Source: Cystobasidiomycetes sp. EMM_F5 (Eukaryota). Taken from it: 64,000 nt of DNA. Where the stretch lies: the NCBI GenBank assembly GCA_051047955.1, contig JBPGPT010000047.1, forward strand, positions 1 to 64,000. Direction: 5' to 3'. Positions 1-11,654 of this stretch are shown in pieces (the first letter of the stretch is position 1; each line of letters opens with the position of its first letter). Both the position numbers and the translations under genes were made by a program. The notes beneath the pieces are model-generated. The model saw only the letters and a list, made by a program, of their open reading frames with translations. It was not told the DNA's origin and did not search any database.

Positions 1-248
1 ACAGAACGCCAATCATGAGTCTCGAGGAAGACAAGCAGGTCGCAGCTGGCCATCTACCTCCGAACAAGGCTCTGATATTGCTAGAGTTGGTACGTTATGG
101 CGATGTGCTGCTTCTATCCGCTCACAACCGACACTGACCGATGCCCTGTTTGTTTTCGACTTGACAGGCAATGGCCGCGTACGGCAATAATGTGGGGAAG
201 ATACGCGAAGCTTTTGGGACAGCTTGGACTTTGCCGAGAATCAGTTGA
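1..248 (+). CDS. L-asparaginase paralog, 3' end only (runs off the window)
   Basis: Frame 3 reads KQVAAGHLPPNKALILLEL, then intron 90-167, then AMAAYGNNVGKIREAFGTAWTLPRIS*. It is colinear with the C-terminus and last intron position of the gene at 737-2152. Confidence 0.85.
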
Positions 249-736
249 GGCTAGAGATCTCGGCAGAGAGGAGGTTTGTAGGCGCCACAAAGTAGTGACA
301 GTTCGATTTGAATGTCATTCATTTTGAGATCTTGCTCCGCAACTTCATTATTGCCCGGTGGGGCTGTCTAGCAGCTGGCTCCGCATTTCGACACTTAGAC
401 AGCACCAGTCTCCGCTTGCCTTCTCAACTTGCCCAACCTGCGAGTCCAACCTCAGCCCCACCTCAGGCTGCGAGCGGTATGTACACCGGTACCGTTTGCA
501 ATTGACCTCATGATCTTCGTCAGCTATGTACTACTGCAGCACAACGCGATGACAGGAGAGCCTCTGGGAACACACTCGGCTAACAAGCGACGCTTGCGCG
601 CTCGACAAACAGAACCTTACCTTCCCTCCGTCCAGCACCAGACGCCGACTTGAATCTCCATCGTTTTGTCCCTTCTTCCAGCTGACTTGCATTCTAAGGT
701 CTGCTGTAAATTTACAAGTTGCCCATAAATTTAAAG

Positions 737-2152
737 ATGTCCTCAAGAGCGCTTCCCAAAGTGACCCTAATCAATACGTAAGAAAGTCAAGAGGACTGTG
801 ACGCGGCATGATACACCACAGTCACAGCTCATCCGCTCTTTTCCAGATCAGGGACGATTGCCGATGTTGCATTGTCAAATCTCGAGATTACAGCTTATGG
901 TCATGCTAGTACACCTGGTCGAGCCGTTCTCGATGGACGGCAGATACTGGATCGCATACCGGGTGAGCTATTATCGTTTATGCCAAGACCCAAAAGCTCG
1001 AGAGTAATTGATCCTTCCACGATCTTTTAGAAATCTCTCAGGTGGTTGATATTGTGCAAGTCATTGAAGCTAGTAGCTTGCAATATAAGACTGTCGAATA
1101 TCTGAAGCTAGCTCGACTCATCAAGACTATCGATACACCTGTTGTGGTCACCCGCGGGACGAGCGATATTCCGGAGTTGGCCTTCTTCCTCGATGTGACC
1201 CTCAACAGACAGCTGCCCGTTGTGGTAACAGGTTCAATGCGGCCGATGTCTGCGGTGAGTTGCTCACAATAAGCCAGACATCTCGCAGGCTGAGTATGTG
1301 TACGCGCGTAGCTGTCTTCAGATGCAAAGTGTTGGTCCGATGGCCAGGGAGATATAACGGGCTGCTTACGTTGACGCATGTTGTTGACTCGACAGATAAC
1401 CTCTTGCAAGCTTGCAGTCTTGCAGGCTCCGACGCAGCTCGCGCTCGTGGAGTCCTCGTAGCTCTGGGCGACCGGATAACGTCGGGGTATTACGCAGTCA
1501 AGCTGTCGGCCAACAGGATGGACACCTTCAAAGCCATTGAAGCCGGACAACTCGGATTCTTTGTTAATTGGCATCCCCAGTTCTTCTTTGAGCCTGCAAG
1601 ACCATCTAACAAACCTTTCTTTGGCGGTACTGTGCTCGACAACGAAAACATGGTCACGTTACCCAAAGTAGCATCAGTCTGTTCCCGTGTCAACCAGGAA
1701 AAGGATGAACTTCAAGAGGCCATAAGAAGGGGCATTCATGGTCTTGTCTTTGCGAACTGGGCGGCTGTGAGTGTCGCCTCAAAAGGGCAAGGCATCTCCG
1801 GCTGAAGATTTGCTCGTTCAGGGTCAGATATCCTTCGCGGAATGGGAGCAGGAACTGTGCAATCTGGCGCAAGGAGGCACGCCAGTCGTGAGATCCACAC
1901 AGTCTTCTGACGGCTTCATTGCTCCGACCATGATTGTGAAAGAGGGGAATCAGATTGCGTCAGGTCATCTGGGGCCGAATAAAGCCGTCATCCTGCTCCA
2001 GTTGGTAAGACTTGGATGTTTGAACTGCGTGAATGTAGACCGAAGACACTGACGGATAATTACGCAAATAGGCGATCGCGGCATACGGGACTGATATCGA
2101 AAGGATTCGAGCAGCTTTCGGGACTGATTGGACGTTGAGCAGGATTAGCTAA
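737..2152 (+). CDS. Type II-like L-asparaginase/glutaminase family protein, multi-exon, no obvious signal peptide
   Basis: Spliced model reads MSSRALPKVTLINTSGTIA...TAYG...VVTRGTSDIPELAFFLDVT...PVVVTGSMRP...NLLQA...AVKLSANRMDTF...SGHLGPNKAVILLQL. The motifs fall in asparaginase order, with canonical GT-AG introns (e.g. 778-846, 963-1030). Confidence 0.85.
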
Positions 2153-2311
2153 AAACATAGCCAGATGTAAACGATGATTATCGAGCTGCCAGACAATATT
2201 TCAGCTAATCCTGTTTAGATAAACAAACCCTGCGGTACTGTGCGGCTCTTTTGCCATGCCTGTAACAACAACAACATTTGACGTACACTTCCCCTTATTG
2301 GACGAACGATC

Positions 2312-5300
2312 CTATAGCTTCTTCGCTCCCAGCGGATTTGATTTCTTATTCTTCGCTGCAGCCAATCTCGCTAATCGCTCGGCACGCATTTGAGCAAGCT
2401 TCTCTTTACCGGCGGTCGCTGATGGCGGATCTGTGGGAGCGGATGTCGCAGTCCCTTCAGACTCTGCGGCACCGGATGCGTGATTGTTCGAGCCGGCGGT
2501 AGTGCCAGTCCATCCAGATTCGCCGTCGTCCTCATCCTTGAAGGACCAGTCTGCGGTACCATTGTCTGCCTCAATCTCCTTTAGCACGCTTGCTGCCGAA
2601 GTAGACTGACCAAGCCTGCTACTGTTGCTACTTGAGCCAAGCTTCATGCTACTTCCCCGCCCGGCACCATTAGATTGAGGCTTTGGCTTGGTGACAGTGA
2701 AGCGGGGATAAGAGACTGGTGCTGGAGGTGCTGAAGGTTGTGCGGACTCAAAGTCGTCAAAGTCACCCTCATCGGCCTGCACATCCATGAGGTCGCCGCC
2801 CCAATCGCCTGGCATCCCTGCTGCAGAAGCGGAATCTAGACTAGAGTTTCGCGATCCCGGAGTTGAGCTTCCAAAGCCGAGATGACTATGGCTGCGAGTA
2901 GGATCGGTGCTGCTGGCAGACGCAGTAAACAGTTCTGGCTGTGACGAAGACCGCACGGCGGCTATGCCAGGAGCGCCGAGAGACTGCATTGAAGCGGAAT
3001 TACTATTGCGAGCGCCATTGGCTGGCGGTGTCGAAGCGCTTCTATCCAACATTGGAGTCGCGAGATCCGATGTTGCCAGCTGTCAATCGATCTGTTAGTA
3101 CATTTTTAGATGTTTCAATTACAAAAGCTGCTTACCCTGGAACTCAAAGATGTGAAAGCCCAGCCCGCCAACGCCACGGCTGCACCTCCAGCAGTCTCAG
3201 CTATACCAGGCTGCCCCTTCTGTGCTGCTACAGCGGTTGTGCTGGATACTGTTTGTTGGTCTTCAGGCGGCAGGACCGTATCAGGCATAGTCGCTGCCAG
3301 TTCTCCGGTTCGCTTCACGAACATATCCATTGCCTTGAACGCTTGTTGACGGACGATCCTGAGGAAACATCACTATGTGCCTCGACACGTTCACACCTTA
3401 GCTTGCCGTCGACTTACTTTTCCTTGTCCACTAAACAGATACTCATGGCTGGAATGACCCGACCAGCAAGATCGTCCTTTTCATAAATGTCAACCGTGGC
3501 CATTAAGCTCATAAGCCCAGCTATCCTAGCATGGACAAAGGGATCTCGTAGTGCGCGTGCGAACGCTGGAACCAGAACTTTACGCGACGTCGCAGGTTGG
3601 AGATGCTTCGATAAGCGACCTAGCAGTATACAGGTATTCGTCCTAATACCGGCTTCGGTATCAGTCTGAGCTTTGGCCAAGTAGCGCAGAAGGTCGTTGT
3701 TTAGCTGGCGATCGCTAAGCTGGAGGCGAACACAAGCTTAGCTCATTAGCTAAGGTTTTGAATTGCTGTGAGACACTCACTTTGGGTGCAACGAGGAGTA
3801 TTGACTTGACCGTGCTCTCCCTAATAATGGGCACGACGTCATTGAACCCAGTGACCTGATAATCGCATCACTACTTGTTCGAAGACAGATAAGTCTCACG
3901 CGACTCACTAGGTTAGGCCAGATCTTGTCAGATACTGTCCTTTGATCCAATTTGTCGGCATAGCTCGGCAACCCTTCCAACAGGGCCATCCGCATCGCTC
4001 TATCGGGACTACTGAACATTCTGACTAAGGGTTGAATAATGGAAGACGTATACTCGGCTTGCGGGAGGTTTGTCCCAAGCGATAGTATGAGTGGCAATAT
4101 TGCCGGTCCACCGGGTCCGAACTCGAAGGCTTGTATCAAGGCAGGCAGGACTTTGTACTGTACAAACTCGCTTGGCAGGTTCTCCGCGGACTCCTTGATG
4201 GTCCTGCAGACGGCCGCATGTCAGGTATCACTCGCACCGAGAGACCGACCTTAGAACAAACCGTATTAGTATTGCTCTGTCTCCTTCGCTAGCAAGCGCA
4301 AAGCCTTCCAGCCCTTCGGATAGTTTGACCAAGCGATTCGAACGGAAGAAGCCGGCTCCTTGTTGTCCTCCGCCGCCTTCATTACCCATGCCGAGGTCAT
4401 AGAACGCTTCCACTCTTAAGCGTGCTCGAGCATTCGGATTGCCCAATCTTCGATGTGCTGGAAATAGTGCGAGCGGTATGCTTCCGCGACTGCTGGGCAA
4501 AGATGGCGCAAGCTCATTCATAAAGACGGACGGTAAAGGTCCATTGAAAAGAATATGAATCAGTAGATGTAGCTGCCAAGAATCTAACGCAGCAGGGTCC
4601 AAGCTGCAGACCATCCATAAGCCTGGTTTGTCGCAAGCTGAACGTAAATCAACCTCACTCTTTAAGGCTCTCCCAGCCGCTCTTGCGTACTTCAGGACTG
4701 GCGAAGCGTCCAGAGTCTGGCAACAGTCCACCGGACGCCTGGGATAGGGTATCAGACTGACCTCTTAATCCAAATCGGACGAGTCTTACGTAGAGGACAG
4801 GAGATGTATCTTTCATCGTGCTCAGAACATCGAAACCACCGAGTCGCCATTCTCCACTTGGCGTGATAAAGATCGATGACGGTCTAAGATTGCCGTGCGT
4901 GCTTGCTCCGGATCCGTTGATAAACTTGAGTGCAGACTGGGAACGCACTCAGGAATTGGCTTGCGGTTGTGTGACAGCCTTCTCACCGTAAGTCTGCACA
5001 GACCCCACACCTTCCACTCATCGCCAGACCCGGGCTTCTCGCCCTCTGGTCCTATTCGACCGGTCAGCGGTTCCACAGGTTCGGTGACAATATAGACTGT
5101 CGAATCTGTTTCGCAGCCATCAATGAATCGAAGAACATCCGGATGACGCAGAGTCCGTAATTTGCGCAGAGCATTTCGTGCCAGCGGAATCAGTGATCTT
5201 CTGTCGCGACCGCCTGGAGAAGCTTGTGGGCTTGAATCGACTATCATAGCCAGACCATTAGAAATGGGATACGCCGGATGTTCAGATAATCAAAGCCCAT

Positions 5301-5636
5301 ACAGACAAAGACTGAAATGTTCGTCGAATCATCCTGCAGGCCAGGATTGCCGGAAGCCATCGCGAAGCAGGGCCAGCACAAACAAAGGGTGGTCGTCAAT
5401 CAGAATGATGGCAGGTCGTCAGCTTGAAGCACATTATATGGCTGGGTGAGCCTTGAGGAACGGCCACTCTGTGCCAGGCGTACGCGCTTGGTGCCGTCAT
5501 GCAGCTGCCATATCGAATGGCCGACCAGGTCTTGTCGCCGTTCGCCCAGGCTGTACGCCGGCAAGCCTGGGACGCTGTTGCCTTTGGCGAGCACAGCCTG
5601 AGCCGCAGAGCTCACGTAGCTGCGAAGGTAATCCAG
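2312..5636 (-). CDS. CEX1: SCYL1/CEX1-like N-terminal pseudokinase plus HEAT-repeat protein (probable CUG start)
   Basis: Motifs LARNALRKLRTLRHPDVLRF, HGNLRPSSIFITPSGEWRLGGF, IRTNTCILLGRL, RALRDPFVHAR and C-terminal KSNPLGAKKL* occur across multiple exons. Confidence 0.9.
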
Positions 5637-5775
5637 CTTGTCGCGAGTCTGCTCAGATGGTTGCGAGCGGAAGACGCGTCGCAATATTAATGTCGAAACG
5701 TCGGAGAGCTGCCCTTTTAAGCTTTACAATGGTACAAGATGCCCTGCGACTGGAATGACAACGGCATGCTGATGC

Positions 5776-7216
5776 CTATGCTACTGAAGTAGTCCCAATA
5801 CCGGCTTCCCCTCTCGTCGAAAGATGCGCAACTTCTATACGTTGCTTTATATTTTCACTGTCGTGGCGTGAATGTCAGTGCTTCTTCTGTATACTACATA
5901 GCTGTGCTTACAGCATGAGCCACATCACACCGTGAGCTGTGACGGCAAAGTCAGACTCCATGCTTGTGACCTTCGAGAGCGGGGCAGACATACTGATGGC
6001 CGACCGCAACGCGGAGACGCCCAAGCCGCGATACAGCCTGGATATCCCCTTCTGCTGGAGGCGACGGAACAGCGCCCATGCCGACTCGCGGTCTTTGACG
6101 CCCGTCAGAGCATCCCGCTGTACACGCGTTTTAACCTGTATTGACCACATCTCAGCTGCTATCACGCCGGCCGACCAACAATATCGCAAATACCGCATCT
6201 AGGGGATATACGACGGCCCAGCTTAGGATGCCGCATGTACTGCCGCATAGAAACGGCACAAGCGATGTTGGCAATAGCTTGCTGTATTGCGGCTGTTCAA
6301 AGAGAAAGCGCAGCGAGTCATACATGCCAAAGTATAACGATGTTCCGACGGCATCGCGCAGAGTATGTAGGGAGTATCCAAAGTATAAGCCGCGCAGGCC
6401 GTTTTCACGGTAGATCTGTTGCATGAGCGGAGGGAGTATAATCAGCTTAAGGCCGCAATAACGAATGGCAAGTCTCACCAGTGCTGCCCCGGAGAAAGTC
6501 CCCTGAGGTACATATGGTACTCCTCTTCGTTTCCTGAGCATTAAGCATCAAGTGAGTCAGAAGTTTATTATGGCCCAACAAGCATCGCTTACGATATCAA
6601 ATATTCCAGCTGCGACCGCACTTTGACGAGCTCAAACGCGCATGTGCCCGTGGAAAGCAGCAGTCCCGAAGTAGCGCCTCCGCAAAAGCCCAATGCGGCT
6701 CGACCATGCAGTGTGGTCGGATCAAATAGAGCCACGTCTGGACTGACGAGATACTGTCGAAGGGAGATTGACTGAATTGAAGAGATGAAAAAGTAGGCAG
6801 AGCAGACCCTACCTTTTTTGTATTGTCGTATATGGAAAAACTGACTGTTCGAACCAGCGTTATCGTGACGAGCGGCATGGACAGGCCTGGCTGACGGCGT
6901 CAGTTTCCATCACAGTCTGGCTGCCTTGCTCGGATGTAGCCAACCTCGAAAGAAAGCTTGCATGCCCTCATGCCGGTACGTCCGCTGCATGCAATCCAGT
7001 ATGCCATTGTATCGCCCAGCTTGCAGTCTTGACTTTACGCTGATGGATAGCAGCCATTCAGCAACGAGCGCCTTGACATTGACATATCTCGCTCTAAACC
7101 TACGAGTCCAAGGGAAAGCCCAGCACTGTCGCGACTCCGGAAGCTCCGGCTGCGCTCACAGTTGTTCGGTGCTCATATATCCATTGCTGCACTTCATCTG
7201 GAAGCGACAGCGGCAT
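5776..7216 (-). CDS. Mitochondrial carrier family (SLC25) protein, carnitine/amino-acid carrier-like
   Basis: Carrier signatures GFPLDS, YPLDAVKTRVQ, YRENGLRGLYFG and LYRGLGVSALRS. The last exon, after a gtaagc intron, ends in TAG at 5778-5776. Confidence 0.9.
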
Positions 7217-7415
7217 GCGAGTGTGTGGTGGTCATAGGATGTGGGCAGATGTGCAGCCGAGACAATGCAGCAATATCAAGATTGGCTTCTCAGGAAGCTC
7301 CGACTACGGAGGACTAGGAGTAATTGAAAGAAGGCGATCGATGAAATAACACGACGACAGCAACTGCACTGCACTGCTTGCTTTACAAGTATGCCACATT
7401 TGAGCCCGCATTCTA

Positions 7416-10400
7416 CTAGAACCCGCCCATCCGTTTCTTCTTCTTTGCAGGTCGCCCACCGTGACGACCAGTAACGACCTATCGAGATAGTGAAGACAAC
7501 ACGAAAATCAGCACAACATCCCGGCGTGCATATCAGAACACATACTTGAGTAGAAGGAACAGGGGACGTCAACAATAATGGTTGGGAAGAAGAGACACTC
7601 TGCGGGGGCAGTGCCCGGACTGGTGGGGTTGATCTGCCTTGTGACGGCGGTTGTGCTTCTCGACGGTCGTCCCGAACATCTGATGGCAATATGGTAGCGG
7701 TTGGAATGATCGGAGACCGGTTGACAGAGATGGCCGATGCTGCAAAAGCTCTTGGAGCTGGCTGGCTGGCTGATATCTGACCGCCCTTGGTGATGCGATC
7801 GCGAAAGGGATTTGAGGTTCGTTGATGTACTTCATGAGTCTGCTCACTTCGTTTATATGGATCGACATAAGGCGGACGAACTCTCGGATCAGCTCCGAGC
7901 GTCCATTCGGACAGCAAGGCGCGTGCCGCTTCTGTGCCAGTACTGGCGACGGTAGACTTGCCTGAAGGTCGGAAGAAATGGTACTCGACTGTTGGCGGTA
8001 AGATCGCTAGCCCGGCTGATGGCGCTGTATCTACTACTGACCCTGCGCGGATTCTGCTAGAGAGGCGATCACTTATTGCGATGCTTGACATTGCAAGATC
8101 GACAGCCAATTGCTCGCATGCGAAAGCCAGACTTCTCTTGACTGTATCTGGTTTGTTTTTCAGCGGTCGGGCGTTCAGTCCATAACGCTCTTGCAATATG
8201 GCAGCAGCTTGAACCGGGTTCCTGCGGTAAATAGGATCTATGATTGTGCTTGGTACAGTACATGCCACGCTCGTAGAGTACGCTTCGGACAGACTGATCA
8301 AGTCCTCGCCGACACTGTCGAGAGCCACAGTCGCTCGGTCCAAGCCGCTGGCATCTGTAAAAGACCGAAACGTTTCCTCGCTGGAAAAGTCTGACGCGTC
8401 TGTTCCAGCACGATCGACTACCTCCAAAGCCGTTTGGAAAGCGGCGTTTGCAAGGGCATCAGAATCATCGTGAGCACCTTTGCGACCTGGATCAGCAACG
8501 TGCAGGCCCGCCAACGCGGAGAAGGTTTCTGCGTGGTTCTCTTATTCAGCTGATGTACGGAATGGTGATTTGCACACACCAGTATACAGATTGCGAAAGT
8601 CTGCAGTCTTATATTTGCGTGCTTCTTGAGGATGGGTGTCGTCGAGCACACCGGGTCTAGCAAATTGATGACTTCCTATTTTAGGCGGAGCGAGCAATCT
8701 CAATATCTCAGAATGGCCTTCACTTTCACACAGCAGCTGCTGTGCGTAAACTGAGCCGTCCAAGTCACTGTCGATGACAAAGCGAGGAGATACCGTACGA
8801 CCCTGCTTCGTGGAAGCGGACGTCGTGCGAAGGAACGCAAATCCACGAGCGGACTGCTCGTTGCCGTATCTCTCCAACGTGTAAGGCGCGCCAGTGAGAC
8901 GACCAGATGCCGAATTGTCGAAGGTGTAGACCGTTCTGACGGCCTTTGATCGCGACCACAGTACTGCGCGATATACTGGGGTAGGCGGGTAACTTAGCAT
9001 CTAATCTGAAAGACTGATACAGAAGAAGGCCGTACCGCCATTCTCACACATGGCTGAAAGAGAAAGGGAGGGATCAGCATCGATGTGATGCCTGTACCTA
9101 AGTAATGCTTGGCCAGGCTTGCGAACGTCAATGAGGAGAACCTCTTCGCTAGTGCACAGCATACGCTGTAGCATTTCAGGTTCTGTAGCAGGCGGCTTAG
9201 CCATATCCAAGATGCGGCTCTTGCCGTTCGGTAGGCAGAATAGAGTCGTGTCTGCATCGGGTGATCGCAGATCGAATGCTCTGACCATGTCTTCTCGGGC
9301 AACAACAGCGACTGCATCATGGTTGCCGTAAGCCACGCGAGCAAAAGGTGTACGACCATCATCAGAGACACCAGCACGAAGCGGCTGCAGGCCCGAGTAG
9401 CTGGAAATCGGGTAAAGCAATGCATTCAGTGTCTGTAGTCTGAATCTGGTATCAAGATCAAGACTGCCTCACATAGAGCGGCAACGCACAGAACTAGCTC
9501 TGAACATACCGTCTGGTCCATACGTTTGCCATAGGCCGCCATGACTGTCCGCAATCAGCGACCGTCCTTTCCGACTGTTGAAGGGATCGAAGCAGATATC
9601 GACCGGTCGAGCCGTCCCGAAAGCGGTAGGATCGATTTCAAAATATTGCGAAGACATGGTAATCTCTTCTGAAGAGGTTGTCGTGGCTCCTCTGCCCACG
9701 GACGGAGATGCCTTGACATAGACTACTGTCGAGGCTGTTCTGACCGCTATAACAGCTTCACGAGCAATTGGAGCGGCCTCCAACTGTAGTATAGGGCTGG
9801 CAGCAGTATAGATCGGTTTGGATAGAAAACGAAAGGACACTGTGGCCTTCTTACGGTCCTCTTCGAAAAGGGCGGTGACTGGTACGCATGCAGGCATGTT
9901 AGCACTAACGGCAGCTGTGTTCGGCCAACCAGGAATTGACCTATTTGACGTCCACGGCCTCCCGCCGATGTAAAGACTAGATTGAGCGCTGAGTTGATCG
10001 CAGCGGCTGCTACCAGATTGCCGAGAGTTGCGGGGCTGCCTGCCGTTGTCAATGCGGCATTGTCGAGGATTGATTCGATTTGCAGGGACCGCGGAAAGTG
10101 GTCATTGAAGTAGACGTCATCAAGGTACTTTACCTGATGGGTATAATCCGTCAACTATCGCTGCGGAACTTGGATATAGCCTGCACGCACGGCGCTGTAC
10201 AGCTGCGGCCGTCTGACAGCCGGCGCACCACCCCGATAGGCATCGTAGACGTCCGGCTGTATGCTCGCGGGCAGTATCTGGACAGCCTTGCCAGCTCTTG
10301 CCAGAAAAACACCTTCAGCGGTAACAATGTCAGTTTTGATCTTTGCAGTATCCGCTCGCCAGGCTTGCCCCGAGTCCTGCCATTGCTGAACTGCCAGTTG

Positions 10401-10534
10401 AGCGAGTCTTCGAGTCTGCCATCGTGGTCAGTGTTCCCATTCAGCCATCCTGCGCCCAGCACGTCGCCATCGAGATACGGCGTGTCTGCATTTCCAGCGG
10501 TAGCATCACTTTCTTCTGCGACAGCGTTGGCCAT
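7416..10534 (-). CDS. RRN6: RNA polymerase I core-factor subunit RRN6/TAF1C-like (start uncertain)
   Basis: Beta-propeller-like exons, AARALLSEWTLGADP, an S/Q-rich tail and a spliced C-terminus STQVVTGRHGGRPAKKKKRMGGF*, as recalled for fungal Rrn6. Confidence 0.65.
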
Positions 10535-10675
10535 CCGAGCCAGTCATTCCACAGTGTAGCCCTAGTCTGCTCGGTATCGCTATCCGAACAATCATCTGGA
10601 CGCTGCAGCAGTGTTGGAGCAGGGTTGTGCAAAAGATTGACCTGCTGGCCTTGCTGTTTATACACCGCCGCCCGA

Positions 10676-10940
10676 TTGACAGCTGGCTGACCTGTTGACG
10701 GATGAGCTGTACGGAGACAGCTGTGCACAGATGTTTGAACGGCTGTCAGCCCATAGCTGTACACAGGCCATATATCAGGCTGTACACAGCTGTATTCGAG
10801 AAAGCCGTGTGTAGACCTGCGACACGGATGTTGACAGGTGTTTCTCTACGTCCGGCTCTATAGCTGCTGTACAGATGTGTCTACAGCTGTATGCAGATGT
10901 ATGCATACAGACTGTTGCAGCCGGTCTGTGGACACCTGTC
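10676..10940. repeat. Array of degenerate palindromic ACAGCTGT motifs, often 10-12 bp apart
   Basis: Examples: ACAGCTGT 10717, ACAGATGT 10727, ACGGCTGT 10739, ACAGCTGT 10786, ACGGATGT 10824, ACAGGTGT 10834, ACAGATGT 10871, ACAGCTGT 10883, ACACCTGT 10932. Confidence 0.75.
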
Positions 10941-11461
10941 AGCGCAAATGTACTTAGACATTTATGCCAGTCGACCACGGTCCACACGGCTTGACCGCAG
11001 ACGACTCGCAGCCGAACGACAACCTGCCCAGCAGCACTCGGACAGCCTATATAGGACAACGACAGCCCTGCGGAGCTACTAGCCGCAACAGCCATCCCTG
11101 CACGCGTTTGCTGGCCGATACAGCAGCTTCCAGGGCCTCGATCAACCTCAAATGCCGCGACAGACGAGGATGCCACGGCTACGGGGAACCTGAAGGCTAT
11201 ATACGCCCGTCTGATTGACCAGACCATCAGAATGATACTGATGCTGGCCACCGCATCTGAATGCTGATGCTGCTGATAGACCAGACCACCTGAGAAAGGC
11301 CACCTGAACCTGACGCGTCTTCAATCAATTCACGAGGTTCTCTCAGCAGCAGCTCCAATACAGGTTCTGCGCTGCAATGTTATAGATCTATTCGACGTTG
11401 TAATACATGAAATGCCAGCATATTATGAGGACGCGTTTGCCTGCCTAGCCTACACGATAGG

Positions 11462-11520
11462 AGACAGATGCTCTGGACGGCTGTCCGACAGCTGTCTGTA
11501 CCGTCTGTATACAGACAGCC
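11462..11520. repeat. Second, shorter ACAGCTGT-like array near the right end of the element
   Basis: ACAGATGC 11464, ACGGCTGT 11477, ACAGCTGT 11488, and the palindrome GTCTGTATACAGAC. Confidence 0.65.
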
Positions 11521-11532
11521 CTCTACGGCCCG

Positions 11533-11540
11533 TATATAAA
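11533..11540 (+). promoter_or_regulatory. TATA-box-like TATATAAA inside the element, about 115 bp upstream of the METTL26-like ATG
   Basis: Exact TATAWAW match; function is inferred from position only. Confidence 0.35.
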
Positions 11541-11654
11541 GCGGAATATTTTCTGTACCACTGCCGGCACAGACTTTCTGTCAACGGCCCGTGGTGACCA
11601 CCTGTACCCAGCTGCCGACCAGACCGCGGTGTACTGCTTCTGACGACGCGAACG

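Larger units (their letters stand above)
10663..11631. mobile_element. Non-autonomous DNA transposon (MITE-like), TA target-site duplication, degenerate TIRs starting CACC
   Basis: 10661-10686 (TACACCGCCGCCCGATTGACAGCTGG) matches the reverse complement of 11608-11633 (TACACCGCGGTCTGGTCGGCAGCTGG) at 20/26 positions. TA flanks both ends, there are subterminal motif arrays, and no transposase ORF is present. Confidence 0.6.

Noticed and set aside
300..736. Short ORFs and an intron-like unit (about 478-533) between the asparaginases
   Set aside because: The spliced product stops within a few codons and shows no homology; it may be a 5' UTR intron.
737..2152. Apparent frameshifts suggesting an asparaginase pseudogene
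   Set aside because: All frame changes are explained by canonical introns, including a 19-nt small exon.
10676..10940. Possible CRISPR-like or telomeric repeat array
   Set aside because: The units are short, degenerate and irregular, with no repeat-spacer structure. The context is eukaryotic and the array is better explained as transposon subterminal repeats.
10964..11218. 84-aa ORF inside the element, and nearby CTGA-rich sequence resembling a C/D snoRNA
   Set aside because: There are no transposase or other recognisable motifs, no canonical RTGATGA box and no terminal stem.
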